This document shows, one piece after another, positions 7,896 through 17,330 of a stretch of DNA of 21,063 bases. Origin of the DNA: a virus (Duplodnaviria > Heunggongvirae > Uroviricota > Caudoviricetes); the IMG/VR virus record IMGVR_UViG_2617270947_000018; one strand, given 5' to 3'. How positions within the stretch are numbered: the first letter of the stretch is position 1; each line of letters begins with the position of its first letter. The position numbers and the translations under genes are program-made. The notes beneath the pieces were generated by a model that worked only from the letters and a program-made list of their open reading frames with translations, had not been told where the DNA came from and ran no database searches.

Positions 7896-7914
7896 GGCGA
7901 GGCGGGGAAAGCAC
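7896..7914. other. cos site: 19-nt P2 cohesive-end sequence GGCGAGGCGGGGAAAGCAC
   Basis: Exact 19-mer recalled as the P2 cohesive end, found in the GC-rich non-coding region between the cargo gene and portal gene Q, where cos sits in the prophage permutation. Confidence 0.7.
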
Positions 7915-8056
7915 TGCGCGCTGGCGGGGGGGCTGATTTTATTTTTTCAGCGTCTGAGCGCGTCGTGATGGCGTTTAGATTGTTAGCCGGGGCGTTGGTG
8001 TGTCTGCGGGCTGTTTTGTGCGGTGGTGAGCGTGTGAGGGCGTGATGGCGGGTTGT

Positions 8057-8078
8057 AAAAAAGCCGCCCGCAGGCGGC
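8057..8078 (-). terminator. Rho-independent terminator of the P-Q operon (minus strand)
   Basis: Read on the minus strand, 5 nt after the Q stop: GCCGCC-TGCG-GGCGGC (6-bp GC stem, 4-nt loop) followed by TTTTTT. Confidence 0.6.
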
Positions 8079-8083
8079 GATGT

Positions 8084-9118
8084 TCAGCCGTTGTCAGTGT
8101 CCAGTGAGTAGTTTTTAAAGCGGATGACCTCCTGACCGAGCCAGCCGTTTATCTCGCGGATCCTGTCCTGTAACGGGATAAGCTCATTGCGGACAAAGAC
8201 CTTTGCCACTTTCTCAATATCACCCAGCGACCCGACGTTCTCCGGCTTGCCCCCCATCAACTGAAAGGGGATGCGGTGCGCGTCCAGCAGGTCAGCGGCG
8301 CTGGCTTTTTTGATATTAAAAAAATCGTCCTTCGTTGCCACTTCACTGAGCGGGATAATTTTAATGCCGTCGGCTTTCCCCTGTGGGGCATAGAGAAACA
8401 GATTTTTAAAGTTATTGCGGCCTTTCGACTTAACCATGTTTTCGCGAAGCATTTCGATATCGTTGCGATCCTGCACGGCATCAGTGACGTACATGATGTA
8501 TCCGGCATGTGCGCCGTTTTCGTAATACTTGCGGCGGAACAGCGTGGCCGACTCATTCAGCCAGGCAGAGTTAAGGGCGCTGAGATATTCCGGCAGGCCG
8601 TACAGCTCCTGATTAATATCCGGCTCCAGCAGGTGAAACACGGAGCCGGGCGTGAAAGGTGTCGGCTCGTTGAAGGACGGCACCCACCAGTAAACATCCT
8701 CCTCCACCCCACGGCGGGTATATTTTGCCGGTGAGGTTTCCAGTCTGATGACCTTACCGGTAGTGCTGTAACGCTTTTCCAGAAACGCATTACCGAACAC
8801 CAGAAAATCCAGCACAAAGCGGCTGAAATCCTGCTGAGAAAGCCACGGATGCGGGATAAATGTCGAGGCCAGAATATTGCGTTTGACGTAAATTGGTGAG
8901 CTGTGATGCACGGCAGCACGCAGGCTTTTTGCCAGACCAGTAAAGCTGACCGGTGGCTCATACCATCTGCCGTTACTGATGCACTCGACGTAATCCAGAA
9001 TGTCACGGCGGTCGAGTACCGGCACCGGCTCACCAAAGGTGAATGCTTCCATTTTCGGGGCGCTGGCGGTCATTTTTTTTGCCGCAGGTTGCGGTGTTTT
9101 CCCTTTTTTCTTGCTCAT
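8084..9118 (-). CDS. Q: Portal protein (P2 gpQ)
   Basis: 344-aa minus-strand ORF, the same length and position as P2 Q; translation matches P2 Q as recalled. Its start overlaps the P stop (ATGA). Confidence 0.9.
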   Translation of the reverse strand: MSKKKGKTPQPAAKKMTASAPKMEAFTFGEPVPVLDRRDILDYVECISNGRWYEPPVSFTGLAKSLRAAVHHSSPIYVKRNILASTFIPHPWLSQQDFSRFVLDFLVFGNAFLEKRYSTTGKVIRLETSPAKYTRRGVEEDVYWWVPSFNEPTPFTPGSVFHLLEPDINQELYGLPEYLSALNSAWLNESATLFRRKYYENGAHAGYIMYVTDAVQDRNDIEMLRENMVKSKGRNNFKNLFLYAPQGKADGIKIIPLSEVATKDDFFNIKKASAADLLDAHRIPFQLMGGKPENVGSLGDIEKVAKVFVRNELIPLQDRIREINGWLGQEVIRFKNYSLDTDNG

Positions 9119-10890
9119 CAGTAAAACTCCAGAATGGTGGATGTCAGCGGGGTGCTGATACCGGCGGTGAGTGGCTCATTTAACAGGGCGTGCATGGTCG
9201 CCCAGGCGAGGTCGGCGTGGCTGGCTTCCTCGCTGCGGCTGGCCTCATAGGTGACACTGCGTCCGCTGCTGGTCATGGTCTTGCGGATAGCCATAAACGA
9301 GCTGGTGATGTCGGTGGCGCTGACGTCATATTCCAGACAGCCACGGCGGATAACGTCTTTGGCCTTGAGCACCATTGCGGTTTTCATTTCCGGCGTGTAG
9401 CGGATGTCGCGTGCGGCGGGATAGAACGAGCGCACGAGCTGGAACACGCCGACACCGAGGCCGGTGGCATCAATACCGATGTATTCGACGTTGTATTTCT
9501 CGGTGAGTTTGCGGATGGATTCAGCCTGAGTGGCAAAGTCCATGCCTTTCCACTGGTGACGCTCAAGTATTCTGAATTTGCCACCGGCCACCACCGGCGG
9601 TGCCAGTACCACGCATCCGGCGCTGTCGCCACGGTGTGACGGGTCGTAACCAATCCATACCGGGCGGGAGCCGAACGGATTCGCGGCAAACGGCGCATAG
9701 TCTTCCCATTCTTCCAGCGTGTCGACCATGCAGCGTTGCAGCTCCTCGAACGGGAACACCGACGCCTTGTCGTCAACAAATTCACACATGAACAGGTTTT
9801 TAAAATCGTCGGCGCTGTTTTCGCGTTTGAGCTGCTCAATGTCGAACAGCGTGCAGCCGCCTTTCAGGGCGTCCTCAATGGTGACAATCTGCCGCCACTG
9901 GCCGTCCGCACAGAGAAGTCCACCGGCAAGGGCGTTATGACTGACGTCGATTTCCACGCGTTCGGCGGCGCTGGCGCGTCCCCGGTTAAACAGTTCACCC
10001 GACCAGAACGGGTAGGCGTCGTGCGCCAGCGTGGACGGGGTGGAGAAATAGGTCGAACGCAGGTGACTCTGTGAGGCCATACCTGATGCCACCTTACGCA
10101 GTACCTGAAAATTCGGGATCCAGAAAATCTCGTCGACGTACAGGTCGCCGTTATGGCTCTGTGCGGTGTTGGAGTTGGTGCCGAGAAAAATCAGTTTTGC
10201 GCCGTTATTGCCCAGGACAATCGGGTCACCGGTCAGGTCAACGTCAACCAGCCGGGCAAAGGCGATGATGTATTCACGGAACACATACGCCTGCGTTTTA
10301 CTGGCCGACAGAAAAATCTGGTTATGGCCGGTTTTCAGGGCGCGCAGCAGCGCCTCGCGGGAAAAATAAAACGTTGCGCCAATCTGGCGGGATTTCAGGA
10401 TATCGCGGATGCGGTGCTCAAGCCCGGCGCGATACCAGTGCAACTGATAGTCGAAAGACTGCTCAAAGAAAATCTGCTCCAGCTTTTCGATGGCCTCGTC
10501 ACTGAAAAAATTCTTTTTCGGTTTGCGACGCCCGCCTTTGTTGCGGTTAGCGACGTTCGGATTAAGGTCTGCCTCGTTGCCGGTCTGACTGTAGCGGTTG
10601 ACCCGTGCCAGTCGTTCAATCTGGCGTCCTAGCAGGTCAATTTCCTTGAAGTCACCGCCGGTTTTCTGCGGTTTGATGATGAGCTGGGTCAGCCGCGCTT
10701 CCAGACTCATTTCGACACGGCTGATGGGGGCAACGCTGTCCCAGCCGTCGCGCTGTTTCCAGCTCTGCACCGTCGGGCGTTTCATCTGCAACATGGCGGC
10801 AATCTGCGGCACGGAAACCCCCTGCCAGTACAGCAGCGCCGCCTGACGACGCGGGTCGTGTAAAAGAGTGGTGTCTGTGGTGATGGTCAT
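9118..10890 (-). CDS. P: Terminase large subunit (ATPase/nuclease, P2 gpP)
   Basis: 590-aa ORF from ATG 10888-10890, starting MTITTDTTLLHDPRRQAALLYWQG as recalled for P2 P. The track's 600-aa version begins 10 codons upstream. Confidence 0.9.
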   Translation of the reverse strand: MTITTDTTLLHDPRRQAALLYWQGVSVPQIAAMLQMKRPTVQSWKQRDGWDSVAPISRVEMSLEARLTQLIIKPQKTGGDFKEIDLLGRQIERLARVNRYSQTGNEADLNPNVANRNKGGRRKPKKNFFSDEAIEKLEQIFFEQSFDYQLHWYRAGLEHRIRDILKSRQIGATFYFSREALLRALKTGHNQIFLSASKTQAYVFREYIIAFARLVDVDLTGDPIVLGNNGAKLIFLGTNSNTAQSHNGDLYVDEIFWIPNFQVLRKVASGMASQSHLRSTYFSTPSTLAHDAYPFWSGELFNRGRASAAERVEIDVSHNALAGGLLCADGQWRQIVTIEDALKGGCTLFDIEQLKRENSADDFKNLFMCEFVDDKASVFPFEELQRCMVDTLEEWEDYAPFAANPFGSRPVWIGYDPSHRGDSAGCVVLAPPVVAGGKFRILERHQWKGMDFATQAESIRKLTEKYNVEYIGIDATGLGVGVFQLVRSFYPAARDIRYTPEMKTAMVLKAKDVIRRGCLEYDVSATDITSSFMAIRKTMTSSGRSVTYEASRSEEASHADLAWATMHALLNEPLTAGISTPLTSTILEFY

Positions 10891-11063
10891 GAATACCTCG
10901 CCGTGATGAATACACGGCAAGGCTACTGAGTCGCGCCCCGCGATTCGCTAAGGTGCTGTTGTGTCAGTGATAAGCCATCCGGGACTGATGGCGGAGGATG
11001 CGTATCGTCGGGAAACTGATGCCGACATGTGACTCCTCTAATCACTATTCAGGACTCCTGACA
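10891..11063. promoter_or_regulatory. Divergent late-promoter region between P (leftward) and O (rightward)
   Basis: 173-bp intergenic region between divergently transcribed late operons, as in P2. I could not find an unambiguous Ogr-type dyad by eye, so only the region is called. Confidence 0.4.
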
Positions 11064-11918
11064 ATGGCAAAAAAAGTCTCAAAATTCTTTCGTATCGGCG
11101 TTGAGGGTGACACCTGTGACGGGCGTGTCATCAGTGCGCAGGATATTCAGGAAATGGCTGAAACCTTTGACCCGCGTGTCTACGGTTGCCGCATTAACCT
11201 GGAACATCTGCGCGGCATCCTGCCTGACGGTATTTTTAAACGTTATGGCGATGTGGTCGAACTGAAGGCCGAAAAGATTGACGACGATTCGGCGCTGAAA
11301 GGCAAATGGGCGCTGTTTGCGAAAATCACCCCGACCGATGACCTTATCGCGATGAACAAGGCCGCGCAGAAAGTCTACACCTCAATGGAAATTCAGCCGA
11401 ACTTTGCCAATACCGGCAAATGTTATCTGGTGGGGCTGGCCGTCACCGATGACCCGGCAAGCCTCGGCACGGAATACCTGGAATTCTGCCGCACGGCAAA
11501 ACACAACCCCCTGAACCGCTTCAAATTAAGCCCTGAAAACCTGATTTCAGTGGCAACGCCTGTTGAGCTGGAATTTGAAGACCTGCCTGAAACCGTGTTC
11601 ACCGCCCTGACCGAAAAGGTGAAATCCATTTTTGGCCGCAAACAGGCCAGCGATGACGCCCGTCTGAATGACGTGCATGAAGCGGTGACCGCTGTTGCTG
11701 AACATGTGCAGGAAAAACTGAGCGCCACTGAGCAGCGCCTCTCTGAGATGGAAACCGCCTTTTCCGCACTTAAGCAGGAGGTGACTGACAGGGCGGATGA
11801 AACCAGCCAGGCATTCACCCGCCTGAAAAACAGTCTCGACCACACCGAAAGTCTGACCCAGCAGCGCCGCAGCAAGGCCACCGGTGGTGGCGGTGACGCC
11901 CTGATGACGAACTGCTGA
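11064..11918 (+). CDS. O: Capsid scaffolding protein (P2 gpO)
   Basis: 284-aa ORF from ATG 11064 (MAKKVSKFFRIGVEGD...), matching P2 O as recalled; the track begins 22 codons upstream. Confidence 0.85.
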   Translation: MAKKVSKFFRIGVEGDTCDGRVISAQDIQEMAETFDPRVYGCRINLEHLRGILPDGIFKRYGDVVELKAEKIDDDSALKGKWALFAKITPTDDLIAMNKAAQKVYTSMEIQPNFANTGKCYLVGLAVTDDPASLGTEYLEFCRTAKHNPLNRFKLSPENLISVATPVELEFEDLPETVFTALTEKVKSIFGRKQASDDARLNDVHEAVTAVAEHVQEKLSATEQRLSEMETAFSALKQEVTDRADETSQAFTRLKNSLDHTESLTQQRRSKATGGGGDALMTNC

Positions 11919-11976
11919 CCGGCGTCAGTCAGTCCGGGAAAACCTTCACGATTAACCCTTAATTTCAGGAAAAACT

Positions 11977-13050
11977 ATGCGCCAGGAAACCCGCTTTAAA
12001 TTTAATGCTTACCTGTCCCGTGTTGCCGAACTGAACGGCATCGACGCCGGTGATGTGTCGAAAAAATTCACCGTTGAACCGTCGGTCACCCAGACCCTGA
12101 TGAACACCATGCAGGAGTCCTCTGACTTTCTGACCCGCATCAACATTGTGCCGGTCAGCGAAATGAAAGGGGAAAAAATTGGCATCGGTGTCACCGGCTC
12201 CATCGCCAGCACCACCGACACCGCCGGTGGCACCGAGCGTCAGCCGAAGGACTTCTCGAAGCTGGCGTCAAACAAGTACGAATGCGACCAGATTAACTTC
12301 GATTTTTATATCCGCTACAAAACGCTGGACCTGTGGGCGCGTTATCAGGATTTCCAGCTCCGTGTCCGTAACGCCATTATCAAACGCCAGTCCCTTGATT
12401 TCATCATGGCCGGTTTTAACGGCGTGAGGCGTGCCGAAACCTCTGACCGCAGCAGCAATCCGATGCTGCAGGATGTGGCGGTCGGCTGGCTGCAGAAATA
12501 CCGCAATGAAGCCCCGGCGCGCGTGATGAGCAAGGTCACTGACGAGGAAGGGCACACCACCTCTGAGGTCATCCGCGTGGGTAAGAGCGGTGATTATGCC
12601 AGCCTCGATGCACTGGTGATGGATGCGACCAACAACCTGATTGAGCCGTGGTATCAGGAAGACCCTGACCTTGTGGTGATTGTGGGGCGTCAGCTGCTGG
12701 CGGACAAATATTTCCCCATCGTCAACAAGGAGCAGGACAACAGCGAAATGCTGGCCGCTGACGTCATCATCAGCCAGAAACGCATCGGTAACCTGCCGGC
12801 GGTACGCGTCCCGTACTTCCCGGCGGATGCGATGCTCATCACGAAGCTGGAAAACCTGTCCATCTACTACATGGATGACAGCCATCGCCGCGTGATTGAG
12901 GAAAACCCGAAACTCGACCGAGTGGAGAACTACGAGTCAATGAACATTGATTACGTGGTGGAAGACTACGCCGCCGGTTGTCTGGTGGAAAAAATTAAGG
13001 TCGGTGATTTCTCCACACCGGCTAAGGCGACCGCAGAGCCGGGAGCGTAA
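11977..13050 (+). CDS. N: Major capsid protein (P2 gpN)
   Basis: 357-aa ORF, the same length and position as P2 N; translation matches as recalled. Confidence 0.9.
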   Translation: MRQETRFKFNAYLSRVAELNGIDAGDVSKKFTVEPSVTQTLMNTMQESSDFLTRINIVPVSEMKGEKIGIGVTGSIASTTDTAGGTERQPKDFSKLASNKYECDQINFDFYIRYKTLDLWARYQDFQLRVRNAIIKRQSLDFIMAGFNGVRRAETSDRSSNPMLQDVAVGWLQKYRNEAPARVMSKVTDEEGHTTSEVIRVGKSGDYASLDALVMDATNNLIEPWYQEDPDLVVIVGRQLLADKYFPIVNKEQDNSEMLAADVIISQKRIGNLPAVRVPYFPADAMLITKLENLSIYYMDDSHRRVIEENPKLDRVENYESMNIDYVVEDYAAGCLVEKIKVGDFSTPAKATAEPGA

Positions 13051-13053
13051 CCG

Positions 13054-13797
13054 ATGACGAGTCCCGCACAGCGCCACATGATGCGGGTCTCGGCAGCGAT
13101 GACCGCGCAGCGGGAAGCCGCCCCGCTGCGACATGCAACTGTCTATGAGCAGATGCTGGTTAAGCTCGCCGCAGACCAGCGCACACTGAAAGCGATTTAT
13201 TCAAAAGAGCTGAAGGCCGCGAAAAAACGCGAACTGCTGCCGTTCTGGTTGCCGTGGGTGAACGGCGTGCTGGAGCAGGGCAAAGGTGCACAGGATGACA
13301 TTCTGATGACGGTCATGCTGTGGCGTCTGGATACCGGCGATATTGCCGGTGCGCTGGAGATTGCCCGTTATGCCCTGAAGTACGGTCTGACCATGCCGGG
13401 TAAACACCGCCGTACCCCGCCGTACATGTTCACCGAGGAGGTAGCGCTTGCGGCCATGCGCGCTCACGCTGCCGGTGAGTCTGTGGATACCCGCCTGCTG
13501 ACGGAGACCCTTGAACTGACCGCCACGGCTGACATGCCTGATGAAGTGCGCGCAAAGCTGCACAAAATTACCGGTCTGTTTCTGCGTGACGGTGGTGATG
13601 CCGCCGGTGCGCTGGCGCACCTGCAACGTGCGACACAGCTCGACTGTCAGGCAGGCGTCAAAAAAGAGATTGAACGACTGGAGCGGGAACTGAAACCGAA
13701 GCCGGAGCCGCAGCCAAAAGCGGCCACCCGCGCCCCGCGTAAGACCCGGAGCGTGGCACCGGCAAAACGTGGACGCCCGAAAAAGAAAGCCAGTTAA
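13054..13797 (+). CDS. M: Terminase small subunit / endonuclease subunit (P2 gpM)
   Basis: 247-aa ORF following N, with a basic proline/lysine-rich C-terminal tail; matches P2 M in length and order. Confidence 0.85.
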   Translation: MTSPAQRHMMRVSAAMTAQREAAPLRHATVYEQMLVKLAADQRTLKAIYSKELKAAKKRELLPFWLPWVNGVLEQGKGAQDDILMTVMLWRLDTGDIAGALEIARYALKYGLTMPGKHRRTPPYMFTEEVALAAMRAHAAGESVDTRLLTETLELTATADMPDEVRAKLHKITGLFLRDGGDAAGALAHLQRATQLDCQAGVKKEIERLERELKPKPEPQPKAATRAPRKTRSVAPAKRGRPKKKAS

Positions 13798-13896
13798 CAA
13801 CCGAATGCGCCCCGCGCCAGGGCGGCACGCCGGTCAGTGAGGGTGAATCACCTGACACTGCACCGGCGTCCACCGCCCGACTTTTCAGAGGTAGTC

Positions 13897-14406
13897 ATGA
13901 TGACGCTGATTATTCCGCGAAAGGAGGCTCCCGTGTCCGGTGAGGGTACGGTGGTCATCCCGCAACCGGCAGGCGACGAGCCGGTGATTAAAAACACGTT
14001 CTTTTTCCCCGATATCGACCCGAAGCGCGTCCGGGAACGTATGCGCCTTGAGCAGACCGTCGCCCCCGCTCGTCTGCGTGAGGCCATCAAGTCAGGCATG
14101 GCGGAGACGAATGCGGAGCTGTACGAGTACCGCGAACAGAAAATTGCCGCCGGTTTTACGCGTCTGGCGGACGTCCCGGCGGACGATATCGACGGTGAAA
14201 GCATCAAAGTTTTTTACTACGAGCGCGCCGTGTGTGCGATGGCGACCGCGTCGCTTTATGAGCGTTATCGCGGCGTGGATGCCAGTGCGAAAGGCGACAA
14301 GAAGGCTGACAGCATTGACAGCACCATTGATGAACTGTGGCGGGATATGCGCTGGGCGGTGGCGCGTATCCAGGACAAGCCGCGCTGCATCGTGAGTCAA
14401 ATCTGA
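13897..14406 (+). CDS. L: Head completion/stabilisation protein (P2 gpL)
   Basis: 169-aa ORF from ATG 13897 (MMTLIIPRKE...); stop overlaps the X start. Confidence 0.85.
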   Translation: MMTLIIPRKEAPVSGEGTVVIPQPAGDEPVIKNTFFFPDIDPKRVRERMRLEQTVAPARLREAIKSGMAETNAELYEYREQKIAAGFTRLADVPADDIDGESIKVFYYERAVCAMATASLYERYRGVDASAKGDKKADSIDSTIDELWRDMRWAVARIQDKPRCIVSQI

Positions 14407-14609
14407 TGAAGACCTTTGCGCTACAGGGCGACACGCTCGACGCCATTTGTGTCCGGTATTACGGGCGCACTGAGGGCGTGGTTGAGACCGTGCTCGCCGC
14501 AAATCCGGGACTGGCTGAACTGGGTGCGGTGCTGCCACACGGCACCGCCGTCGAACTGCCCGACGTTCAGACCGCGCCCGTGGCTGAAACTGTCAATCTG
14601 TGGGAGTAA
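14406..14609 (+). CDS. X: Small tail protein X
   Basis: 67-aa ORF (MKTFALQGDTLDAICVRYYG...) translationally coupled to L (ATGA overlap); P2 gene order. Confidence 0.75.
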   Translation: MKTFALQGDTLDAICVRYYGRTEGVVETVLAANPGLAELGAVLPHGTAVELPDVQTAPVAETVNLWE

Positions 14610-14612
14610 CGC

Positions 14613-14894
14613 ATGACAGCAGAAGAAAAAAGCGTCCTGTCGCTTTTCATGATTGGGGTGCTGATTGTTGTCGGCAAGGTGCTTGCCGGTGGTGAACCCA
14701 TCACCCCGCGTCTGTTTATCGGGCGCATGTTGCTCGGTGGTTTTGTCTCGATGGTTGCCGGTGTTGTTCTGGTGCAGTTTCCTGACCTGTCACTGCCTGC
14801 GGTGTGCGGCATCGGCTCCATGCTGGGTATCGCCGGTTATCAGGTGATTGAGATTGCCATTCAGCGCCGCTTTAAGGGCAGGGGGAAACCGTAA
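14613..14894 (+). CDS. Y: Holin (P2 gpY)
   Basis: 93-aa ORF with hydrophobic transmembrane segments and a charged C-terminus (RRFKGRGKP); first gene of the lysis cassette. Confidence 0.8.
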   Translation: MTAEEKSVLSLFMIGVLIVVGKVLAGGEPITPRLFIGRMLLGGFVSMVAGVVLVQFPDLSLPAVCGIGSMLGIAGYQVIEIAIQRRFKGRGKP

Positions 14895-15391
14895 TGCCGG
14901 TAATTAACACGCATCAGAATATCGCCGCCTTTCTCGACATGCTGGCCGTGTCCGAAGGGACGGCGAACCATCCGCTGACGAAAAACCGGGGCTATGACGT
15001 GATAGTCACCGGACTGGATGGAAAGCCGGAAATCTTCACCGACTACAGTGACCACCCGTTCGCACATGGTCGACCGGCGAAGGTGTTTAACCGTCGCGGT
15101 GAAAAATCCACGGCCTCCGGTCGCTATCAGCAGCTTTACCTGTTCTGGCCGCATTACCGCAAACAGCTTGCCCTGCCGGATTTCAGTCCGTTGTCACAGG
15201 ACAGACTCGCCATTCAGTTGATCCGCGAACGCGGTGCGCTGGATGACATCCGGGCGGGACGCATTGAGCGCGCCATTTCACGCTGTCGCAATATCTGGGC
15301 GTCCCTGCCGGGTGCCGGTTACGGTCAGCGTGAGCATTCACTGGAAAAACTGGTCACCGTCTGGCGTACCGCCGGCGGCGTACCGGCTTAA
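14894..15391 (+). CDS. K: Endolysin (lysozyme-like, P2 gpK)
   Basis: 165-aa ORF directly after the holin; matches P2 K as recalled. Confidence 0.85.
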   Translation: MPVINTHQNIAAFLDMLAVSEGTANHPLTKNRGYDVIVTGLDGKPEIFTDYSDHPFAHGRPAKVFNRRGEKSTASGRYQQLYLFWPHYRKQLALPDFSPLSQDRLAIQLIRERGALDDIRAGRIERAISRCRNIWASLPGAGYGQREHSLEKLVTVWRTAGGVPA

Positions 15392-15405
15392 ACGGAGTAA
15401 ATACC

Positions 15406-15831
15406 ATGAAGAAATTATCCCTTTCACTGATGCTGAACGTGTCGCTGGCGCTGATGCTGGCACTGTCCCTGATTTACCCGCAGAGCGTGGCCGTCAATTT
15501 TGTCGCCGCCTGGGCGATTCTGGTGACGGTTATCTGTGTGGTTGCCGGTGGTGTCGGCGTGTATGCCACTGAGTATGTGCTGGAACGCTACGGGCGGGAG
15601 CTGCCGCCGGAATCGCTGGCCGTGAAGATTGTCACGGCGCTGTTTTTGCAGCCGGTGCCGTGGCGCAGGCGGTCAGTGGCTCTGGTAGTGATGGTGGCGA
15701 CGTTTATCTCGCTGGTCGCTGCCGGGTGGATTTTTACTGCGCTGATTTACCTCGTGGCGTCGCTGTTCTTCCGGCTGATACGTACGGCCTGCCGTCAGCG
15801 TTTTGAGGGGCGGGAACCATGTCAAAACTGA
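15406..15831 (+). CDS. lysA: Lysis timing membrane protein LysA
   Basis: 141-aa ORF with multiple hydrophobic helices, in the P2 lysA position. Confidence 0.75.
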   Translation: MKKLSLSLMLNVSLALMLALSLIYPQSVAVNFVAAWAILVTVICVVAGGVGVYATEYVLERYGRELPPESLAVKIVTALFLQPVPWRRRSVALVVMVATFISLVAAGWIFTALIYLVASLFFRLIRTACRQRFEGREPCQN

Positions 15832-16244
15832 TGATTGTGCTGGTTGTGTTGTTATCACTGGCGGTGGCGGGGCTGTTTCTGGCGAAGCATGAAAACGCCA
15901 GCCTGCGCGCCTCGCTGGACAGGGCAAACAATGTCGCCAGCGGGCAGCAGATGACCATCACCATGCTGAAAAAACAGTTTCATGTTGCGCTCACCAGGGC
16001 AGATAAAAACGAGCTGGCGCAGGTTGCACTGCGTCAGGAACTGGAAAACGCCGCGAAGCGTGAAGCACAGCGCGAGAAAACCATCACGAGGTTACTGAAT
16101 GAAAACGAAGATTTTCGCCGCTGGTACGGCGCTGACCTGCCTGATGCTGTGCGCCGGTTGCACCAGCGCCCGGCCTGCACTGACGCCAGTGATTGTCCAC
16201 AACGCCTGCCCGAAAGTGAGCCTTTGCCCGATGCCGGGCAGTGA
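15819..16244 (+). CDS. lysB: Inner-membrane spanin (Rz-like) LysB
   Basis: 141-aa ORF with an N-terminal transmembrane helix then a charged coiled-coil-like region; overlaps lysA by 13 nt. Confidence 0.75.
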   Translation: MSKLMIVLVVLLSLAVAGLFLAKHENASLRASLDRANNVASGQQMTITMLKKQFHVALTRADKNELAQVALRQELENAAKREAQREKTITRLLNENEDFRRWYGADLPDAVRRLHQRPACTDASDCPQRLPESEPLPDAGQ

Positions 16245-16389
16245 CCCGGAGACGAACGGTGATTTAAGTGCCGATATCCGGCAGCTTGAGAACGCGCTGG
16301 CACGCTGTGCCAGCCAGGTAAAAATGATTAAACACTGTCAGGACGAAAACGATGCTCAAACCCGACAGCCTGCGCAGGGCGCTGACTGA
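16099..16389 (+). CDS. lysC: Outer-membrane lipoprotein spanin (Rz1-like) LysC, nested out of frame in lysB
   Basis: 96-aa ORF starting inside lysB in another frame; N-terminal signal peptide with cysteines (MKTKIFAAGTALTCLMLCAGC) and a proline-rich mature region. Confidence 0.65.
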   Translation: MKTKIFAAGTALTCLMLCAGCTSARPALTPVIVHNACPKVSLCPMPGSDPETNGDLSADIRQLENALARCASQVKMIKHCQDENDAQTRQPAQGAD

Positions 16390-16819
16390 TGCCGTCACGG
16401 TGCTGAAAACCAGTCCCGAGATGCTGCGGATATTCGTGGATAACGGGAGTATTGCCTCCACACTGGCGACGTCGCTGTCATTTGAAAAGCGTTACACGCT
16501 CAATGTCATTGTGACCGACTTTACCGGTGATTTTGACCTGCTCATCGTGCCGGTGCTGGCGTGGCTGCGGGAAAATCAGCCCGACATCATGACCACTGAC
16601 GAAGGCCAGAAAAAGGGCTTCACGTTTTATGCAGACATCAACAATGACAGCAGCTTTGATATCAGCATCAGCCTGATGCTGACCGAGCGCACGCTGGTCA
16701 GTGAGGTGGACGGCGCGCTGCATGTGAAGAATATCCCGGAACCCACGCCGCCGGAGCCGGTCACCCGCCCGATGGAGCTTTATATCAATGGCGAACTGGT
16801 GAGCAAGTGGGATGAATGA
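16352..16819 (+). CDS. R: Tail completion protein R
   Basis: 155-aa ORF; P2 gene order and length. Confidence 0.8.
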   Translation: MLKPDSLRRALTDAVTVLKTSPEMLRIFVDNGSIASTLATSLSFEKRYTLNVIVTDFTGDFDLLIVPVLAWLRENQPDIMTTDEGQKKGFTFYADINNDSSFDISISLMLTERTLVSEVDGALHVKNIPEPTPPEPVTRPMELYINGELVSKWDE

Positions 16820-17264
16820 GTTTAAGCGTTTTGAAGACCGGCTGACCGGACTGATTGAGTCGCTGTCACCGTCAGGGCGTCGGCGACTGAGTGCCGAACT
16901 GGCGAAACGTCTGCGGCAGAGTCAGCAGCGTCGGGTGATGGCACAGAAAGCCCCGGACGGCACACCCTACGCGCCACGCCAGCAGCAGAGCGCCAGAAAA
17001 AAGACCGGTCGTGTTAAGCGAAAAATGTTTGCGAAACTTATCACCAGTCGTTTTTTGCATATCCGCGCCAGCCCTGAACAGGCATCAATGGAGTTTTACG
17101 GCGGGAAGTCACCGAAAATCGCCAGTGTGCATCAGTTTGGTCTGTCGGAAGAAAACCGGAAAGACGGTAAGAAAATTGATTATCCGGTGCGTCCTCTGCT
17201 CGGCTTTACCGGTGAGGATGTGCAGATGATTGAAGAGATTATCCTGGCTCACCTCGACCGTTAG
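16812..17264 (+). CDS. S: Tail completion protein S
   Basis: 150-aa ORF overlapping the R stop; P2 gene order and length. Confidence 0.8.
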   Translation: MNEFKRFEDRLTGLIESLSPSGRRRLSAELAKRLRQSQQRRVMAQKAPDGTPYAPRQQQSARKKTGRVKRKMFAKLITSRFLHIRASPEQASMEFYGGKSPKIASVHQFGLSEENRKDGKKIDYPVRPLLGFTGEDVQMIEEIILAHLDR

Positions 17265-17296
17265 TTGTGCCATTCCCGACACCTCATCGTTACATT

Positions 17297-17318
17297 GCCG
17301 CCGGTATGACCCGGCGGC
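17297..17318 (+). terminator. GC-rich hairpin between S and V (possible operon terminator or regulatory structure)
   Basis: GCCGCCGG-TATGAC-CCGGCGGC: perfect 8-bp stem and 6-nt loop, 13 nt upstream of the V start codon. The downstream U-tract is weak. Confidence 0.35.
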
Positions 17319-17330
17319 ATCCTTCCCGTT

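Noticed and set aside
9190-10846. Several 60-160-aa ORFs on the plus strand inside terminase gene P (e.g. 9190-9639, 9736-10074, 10153-10632).
   Set aside because: They lie entirely within a well-supported minus-strand gene in GC-rich sequence, where antisense frames stay open by chance; no SD or homology signal.
12268-12885. 205-aa minus-strand ORF inside major capsid gene N, and 199-aa minus-strand ORF at 13201-13800 inside M.
   Set aside because: Antisense shadows of highly expressed, GC-rich structural genes; P2-type gene order leaves no room for them.
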